In this document: in pieces, positions 59,131 to 64,000 of the stretch
Numbering within the stretch: the first letter of the stretch is position 1
Layout: the number at the start of each line of letters is the position of its first letter
Source: an uncultured virus (IMG/VR IMGVR_UViG_3300028805_000054)
Taxonomy: Duplodnaviria; Heunggongvirae; Uroviricota; Caudoviricetes
DNA length: 64,000 nucleotides
Virus record (IMG/VR): IMGVR_UViG_3300028805_000054
Strand: one strand, 5' to 3'
Position numbers and translations under genes: made by a program
The notes under the pieces: generated by a model
The model's input: the letters and a program-made list of their open reading frames with translations, nothing else
Databases searched by the model: none
What the model was told of the DNA's origin: nothing

Positions 59131-60366
59131 ATGGATTTTCTTACGAATTTTATGGAGAGACTTACAAAGCAGTCTGGTTCTCCCGCAACTCGCACATTCA
59201 ATCGTCAGACACGTAAGATTGATCGTATTAGTGTAAACAATCCTGAGACTTTGGGTCGTTATCAAGTATTGCCCATCAACTCAGCGGTAACAGAATTCCC
59301 TTTCATTTCGGGACGCGTTAGACAGATTTCATTGCCTCGTCGTCGTATGGATGAGAGTGGTGAAGAGCAGAATTACAACGCATGGATTCACATTCCCTCA
59401 TTTGAATTTTTCCAGATGAGAGATGCTACTGACCGTGTTGTATCTAGTCTTACTGCAGAGGATGAGAAGTTGTTATCATCGACTTATAATCTTTGGGAGG
59501 AGTTGTATTCTGAGGTTGACGGAAAAACTAATTATCCGGTTGTAAAGGATTTCATACGAGCAAAGAATATGACAGTGTTCTCGGCTTATTGTATGAATTT
59601 CTGGAAGTATGGTAGTAATAATCGTACTCCGGATCGTCAGAATTTCAGTGCCTTGTTCATGATTACCACCAAGAATTTTATTCAGAGTGTGGAGGCTAAC
59701 ATCAATGACAAGAATCTGACAGAAGGAGGTCCAGATTGGATTTACAATGTGTATAACAATCAGCTGAAGAACCGTGATGGATTCCTGATGTTCTCTGTCA
59801 ATAAGGATAAGACAGCGAAAGGATTTACAGCATCGGCGACTCATGAATTTGGTCGTTCTTCTATGTTGAGTGGAGTTGAGATTCCGCAGGAGGATTTTGA
59901 TGCTGGTATGGATGATCCTGTTTCACTGTTTCTCGGTTGGCAGGCTAATAGTGCTGAGCGAGAGAAGCCAAGTGGAAGTCGTCGATTGTTCAATGCTGCT
60001 CTGATGAAGGAAGCATGCAGTTATATGGGTACTCTCTTGTCTGCTATTCGTGCTGAGAAGGCGAAAGATCCTAGTACTCCGATTGACGTTATGTCTGTTG
60101 TGTCTAAGGTTGTAGAGGATTATTATAAGAATCTTCCTCCCCTTGAACCACGTCAGCAGGGTAATGGTCAGGAAGTAGCACAGGAAGCACCTCAGACACA
60201 GTCGGCTCCGGTTAACGATTCTCCTACTACCCACATTGATCCATTAATGGGTTCTCAAGAGCCTCAGAGTAATGGATTCGGTGGAGGTTTTGGAGGTTTT
60301 AGTACTCCGAGCTTTGGTAATGGTGGATTTGGTGGAGGTACTCAATCGACAGGGACTCCATTTTAA
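59131..60366 (+). CDS. Probable ssDNA-binding protein (gp32-like)
   Basis: Low-complexity Q/P/G-F tail ending in PF; first gene of the recombination block. Confidence 0.55.
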   Translation: MDFLTNFMERLTKQSGSPATRTFNRQTRKIDRISVNNPETLGRYQVLPINSAVTEFPFISGRVRQISLPRRRMDESGEEQNYNAWIHIPSFEFFQMRDATDRVVSSLTAEDEKLLSSTYNLWEELYSEVDGKTNYPVVKDFIRAKNMTVFSAYCMNFWKYGSNNRTPDRQNFSALFMITTKNFIQSVEANINDKNLTEGGPDWIYNVYNNQLKNRDGFLMFSVNKDKTAKGFTASATHEFGRSSMLSGVEIPQEDFDAGMDDPVSLFLGWQANSAEREKPSGSRRLFNAALMKEACSYMGTLLSAIRAEKAKDPSTPIDVMSVVSKVVEDYYKNLPPLEPRQQGNGQEVAQEAPQTQSAPVNDSPTTHIDPLMGSQEPQSNGFGGGFGGFSTPSFGNGGFGGGTQSTGTPF

Positions 60367-60442
60367 AAGATAACATAATAGAAGAGATAAGAGTTTTCAA
60401 TAGCTTTTGTCTCTTCTTGTGTTTTATGATGTTTTATAGAAA

Positions 60443-61450
60443 GTGATTGGAAACAACTATACATTAGTTTTAATTGATGGTTCTTTTCTCCTTAGTCGTG
60501 CTTTATTTGCTGTAACTAGGGGAAAGAATCCGGAGGACGTTAAGCCTGGTGAATTGATGAAGGTAAATATTCAGACTATCAACAGGTTAGCGCGTGATTG
60601 GAAGATTAACGGCTCCAAGGTTATTATAATTTGGGATAAGTGGGCTCCTGAGTATGGTGGTTATATTCGTCATCATATACTTCGTGATCGCTTAACTTAC
60701 AAAGGATCTCGGAAAATTATTACTGAGGAAGACTTAGCCGGATTAAAGGGTGAGGAGTTGAAGAAGGCGGAACGTGAAGTGAAGTTGAATGAGTTGAAGC
60801 AGGAGACTAAGGCGGCGATGATCAAAGAATTTCCGAAGTTAGGGATAGGTTGTTATTATTTCCCTGGTTACGAATTTGATGATATTGCTACTCTTGCCTC
60901 TTTCGAACTTAGTGGAAAAACTGAGCTCCCGAATGTTATAGTGACGAAGGATACTGACTTGACATATAGTTTAAGTCCTGGTTGTCATTTCTTCAAGTTA
61001 CCGACCTATGGAAGTGAGCCTAAGATTGTGACGTATGAGGATATGGTGCAACAAATCCCGGCCGGTTTAAGATCACGCGGGTTAGGACTATACGAATATG
61101 GTGCTATGTTAAATTCTTCTGGTTTCTTAGGGCATAATGATTTGGTGGTAACGAAGAAGAAAGGGGCTAACATGGAGAAAACATTGGAGGGTATATTGGA
61201 TGGAGATTATTCTGGGCTTAAAGATCCTGAACTTTACCGTCTTCAATATTCCACTTACAATATCCCCGCGTTTCCATCATACCCGGCCGTTTTAGAAGAT
61301 GTGCACCATTTCTTAACGTCTGGAAGTTCTGGCTCTACTTTCGAATTTGATAGAGTTGTTCGAGAATATGAGATGGAAGGTATAGATAAAGAATATTACT
61401 TGTCCATTATAGCCCGATTCGATGAGAGATATTTTAGTGATAAGATATGA
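60443..61450 (+). CDS. 5'-3' exonuclease / T4 RNase H-like flap endonuclease
   Basis: LIDGS, IWD, YKGSR, EFDDI, TKDTDL. Confidence 0.85.
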   Translation: MIGNNYTLVLIDGSFLLSRALFAVTRGKNPEDVKPGELMKVNIQTINRLARDWKINGSKVIIIWDKWAPEYGGYIRHHILRDRLTYKGSRKIITEEDLAGLKGEELKKAEREVKLNELKQETKAAMIKEFPKLGIGCYYFPGYEFDDIATLASFELSGKTELPNVIVTKDTDLTYSLSPGCHFFKLPTYGSEPKIVTYEDMVQQIPAGLRSRGLGLYEYGAMLNSSGFLGHNDLVVTKKKGANMEKTLEGILDGDYSGLKDPELYRLQYSTYNIPAFPSYPAVLEDVHHFLTSGSSGSTFEFDRVVREYEMEGIDKEYYLSIIARFDERYFSDKI

Positions 61451-61743
61451 AAGTAAAGATTAAAGAGAATATAGTTGACGTCCCTGATTATTTTGAAATT
61501 ATTGGAAACAAGTTGTACAATAATAATACTAAAAGATATGAGGGAGTTGACGGTGATATTGTGACAGTTACTGAGTTTGGAAAATCCACTAGAGGTCATG
61601 TTAAAGGTTATACAGAATATCAAATAATACCAACCTATGAATGGCCAACTAGAATCGTATCTGCACAGGGTCTTCATAATGGTTCTGCTGAAATAGAATT
61701 TATTCATCAGACTCCAGTATATGAGGTAAAGGTAACAAACTAA
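61447..61743 (+). CDS. Hypothetical protein
   Basis: Coupled ORF. Confidence 0.6.
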   Translation: MKVKIKENIVDVPDYFEIIGNKLYNNNTKRYEGVDGDIVTVTEFGKSTRGHVKGYTEYQIIPTYEWPTRIVSAQGLHNGSAEIEFIHQTPVYEVKVTN

Positions 61744-61988
61744 TGAAAGGAAACAGTGAAACTATGATAGAAATAGTTAGTTTTAAGGGAGAGACATACA
61801 AGTTTGATCCCGAGACAGAGAGAATCTTCAAGGGTGGTAAACTTTTAGACACCAGTGAAGCAGAGCCCGTATATTCAGGAGTGGATAAGAAGCCGGAGTT
61901 TGCAGGAATATTGTTGAAAACTTTGGGAGCAATTCTTTCGAGATCTGGTAAAATAAATGAGGTAACTGATATAAATTCTGTGTCATGA
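61743..61988 (+). CDS. Hypothetical protein
   Basis: Coupled ORF. Confidence 0.6.
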   Translation: MKGNSETMIEIVSFKGETYKFDPETERIFKGGKLLDTSEAEPVYSGVDKKPEFAGILLKTLGAILSRSGKINEVTDINSVS

Positions 61989-62464
61989 CGATTGGGGAGT
62001 TAATGAAGATAGATCCTGGCCGTATAGGAAAGGCGGGAGAGTGTGATGTTCAATTGGTGAAGACATTTCATGAGTTAAAACAAAAAAGTCTACTTGATCG
62101 TTTTAAGGCTTTATTTAGTGGAAAGGCTGTGGTAAATAGTTATCATGTTATTTTCAAATTCATCGTAACCTCAACCAGCGGAAAGCCTTACACAGTTTTC
62201 ATTCGGACTGACCCTGATTATGACTTGAAGAATTGGGAGGAGAATGAATGTAAGGTTTTTTGTGGATGTCCTGATTTCAAATTCAGGAGTGCATATTCAT
62301 TGTATCAGAAGGGAGCACTTTTCGTGAATAACAGGATAAGGATAGAATTGGGTCAAGCTATTACAGACAAACCAAAGCGTGAACCATCTCTCTTGTGTAA
62401 ACATTCATATGCTGCTCTTCTCTGGTTGGTAAAAAATTATAGCAATGTCATGAAAACAATCTAA
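61985..62464 (+). CDS. SWIM zinc-finger protein
   Basis: CGCPDF...LCKH. Confidence 0.7.
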   Translation: MTIGELMKIDPGRIGKAGECDVQLVKTFHELKQKSLLDRFKALFSGKAVVNSYHVIFKFIVTSTSGKPYTVFIRTDPDYDLKNWEENECKVFCGCPDFKFRSAYSLYQKGALFVNNRIRIELGQAITDKPKREPSLLCKHSYAALLWLVKNYSNVMKTI

Positions 62465-62465
62465 A

Positions 62466-62771
62466 ATGAAAAGAAGGTCAGATTTTTCTAGGAGGTATTT
62501 GTTTTATAGAATGATACCTTTTTTCGAACCTACTGATGGAAATAGTTTTGATCCTTCGGTAGATACTAGATTGACACTTAAAACGGTAGCTTTAGTGAAA
62601 CCTGAAGTAGTAAGATTCATTGGAGAGAAAGTTCTGAGAATAGTACAGAAAATACCAAAAGAACAACGTAAAAATGAATATTGGATAAAAGATTCCTTAG
62701 AGAAAGAAGCCATTCGTTTGTTTGAGAGTTTTCATCCTAAGGAGATAAAAATAGAGCTTAGTTATGAGTAA
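62466..62771 (+). CDS. Hypothetical protein
   Basis: Coupled ORF. Confidence 0.55.
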   Translation: MKRRSDFSRRYLFYRMIPFFEPTDGNSFDPSVDTRLTLKTVALVKPEVVRFIGEKVLRIVQKIPKEQRKNEYWIKDSLEKEAIRLFESFHPKEIKIELSYE

Positions 62772-64000
62772 AATATTGGCAATAGCGGACATACATCTAC
62801 ATGATTATCCGCAGCGTAATAGTTTTCAATTTCAACGATTATATCAAGGATCAAGAATTGTAGCTAAAAATATTATTGAAGTAGGGAAGAGGGAAGGAGC
62901 GAATTACATAGCGATTTGTGGTGATCTGATAGAGAAATCGATAATCAGACCGTACGTTATGGCAGAAGCATACAATTTCCTTCATACCATCATGTCAGAG
63001 TTCAAAGAAGGTTGGATTATCTGGGGAAATCATGATATAGATGCTAAGTCGTCAGATCAAGTAATGACAGATTCTTGCTTAGCTTTATTCCTTCCTCCCA
63101 ATCTTAAGTATATGCATCAACAGCAGATAGAACTGGAGGGAAAGATTTTGGGTTTTAACAATTGGCAGCCCGACATAGATCTGAGTTGGGTAAAAGGTGA
63201 GTTAGATATGTTATTTACTCACGCTAGGATATGTTATCAGGAAGGTTCAGACTTATATCAATCACAGTACTTAGATGAATCAAAGTTTAAGATTGCATTC
63301 TGTGGTGATATACATAGACCAGGACAACTAGGAAAATATGTCAGCATTGGTATCCCTCAAAGATGTAAGATGTCGGATGGAGAAAAATCGACCGGCGTAT
63401 TGATAGATCTTGAAACGGGAGATTGGAAATGGGTAGACCTGAATCCTAAAGATAATCTAATGAAATTCCAGTATGTGACAGTTCCGGAGCAAGAAGGATG
63501 GAATGAAGCTTTTAAGACCTGGAATATCTATAAGCCAAGTACCGATAACATGATAGATCCCTCTGCAAACATAAAAGTATCGGGGTGGGAGAAAATTGAG
63601 TCTTTGGTAGATGATGCTATAAAAAAGGCGTCTCTAGTAGAAGTTCATCAGCAAGTTTTAGCCTCCATCCCAAACTTAGATGCAGGGGAAGTAGATTTCA
63701 ATTTCACCCCAGTCCGTTTCTATTGTAAGAATTGGAGAAGTATAGACGAAGTTGAAATGTTTTTTGAAGAGGGAGATAAAATCCTGATTGTTGGTGAAAA
63801 TGGATCTGGTAAGTCTAGTCTCCTATCTGCCATTAAATATGCGTTCTGTGATGTTCGTTCTACTTCTGGTCTTTCCTCACTAAAGCCATTCATTCAATTT
63901 GGTACTAAGGATTGTGTAACAGAAGTAGAGTTTATGTATCAGGGAAATCGTTGTAAGCTGAGACGTGGAACAAAAGAATATGGTCTCTGGATAAACGAGG
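62764..64000 (+). CDS. Mre11/SbcD metallophosphoesterase fused to a Rad50/SbcC ATPase (partial)
   Basis: Missing from ORF track. Open frame from ATG 62764: ADIH, GDL, GNHD, FTH, GDIH, then FYCKNWRSI and Walker A GENGSGKSS. Confidence 0.85.
   Translation, partial: MSKILAIADIHLHDYPQRNSFQFQRLYQGSRIVAKNIIEVGKREGANYIAICGDLIEKSIIRPYVMAEAYNFLHTIMSEFKEGWIIWGNHDIDAKSSDQVMTDSCLALFLPPNLKYMHQQQIELEGKILGFNNWQPDIDLSWVKGELDMLFTHARICYQEGSDLYQSQYLDESKFKIAFCGDIHRPGQLGKYVSIGIPQRCKMSDGEKSTGVLIDLETGDWKWVDLNPKDNLMKFQYVTVPEQEGWNEAFKTWNIYKPSTDNMIDPSANIKVSGWEKIESLVDDAIKKASLVEVHQQVLASIPNLDAGEVDFNFTPVRFYCKNWRSIDEVEMFFEEGDKILIVGENGSGKSSLLSAIKYAFCDVRSTSGLSSLKPFIQFGTKDCVTEVEFMYQGNRCKLRRGTKEYGLWINE

Noticed and set aside
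1..64000. Stop-codon reassignment as in Lak or some crAss-like phages
   Set aside because: Long genes translate intact with the standard code, and TAG ends genes right before the next start (for example 8895, 11383)
1..64000. CRISPR array, DGR or retron
   Set aside because: No regularly spaced direct repeats, no reverse transcriptase motifs and no TR/VR pair seen

Overview
This 64-kb window is part of a large lytic tailed-phage genome that uses the standard genetic code. The host is probably Bacteroidales: the amidase, ClpP and DUF4842-like lipoprotein look Bacteroidetes-type, and starts are A-rich without Shine-Dalgarno sites. The left half (1-31.6 kb, mostly minus strand) is a head, packaging and lysis module. 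It holds an acidic repeat scaffold/core protein, a prohead protease, a Zn-repeat homing endonuclease, a portal, two lysins, and a large terminase split by two group I introns (one only 181 nt). It also holds about 18 unrelated small genes sharing an N-terminal M-hydrophobic-R..(K/R)-x-F-(S/G/A) leader, a motif also repeated inside the scaffold and protease, which suggests a capsid-targeting/maturation-cleavage system. The right half has many small early-type genes, an M42 peptidase, ClpP and a ferritin-like gene. It carries an IS200/IS605 IscB+omegaRNA element whose RuvC catalytic residues are replaced while HNH is intact. Two inverted copies of an SF2-helicase + GIY-YIG cassette share a C-terminal domain and conserved non-coding elements, and one is preceded by an elaborate cross-pairing structure. 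The window ends in a recombination block (SSB, 5'-3' exonuclease, Mre11-Rad50 fusion). All calls come from reading motifs by eye; no database search was run.
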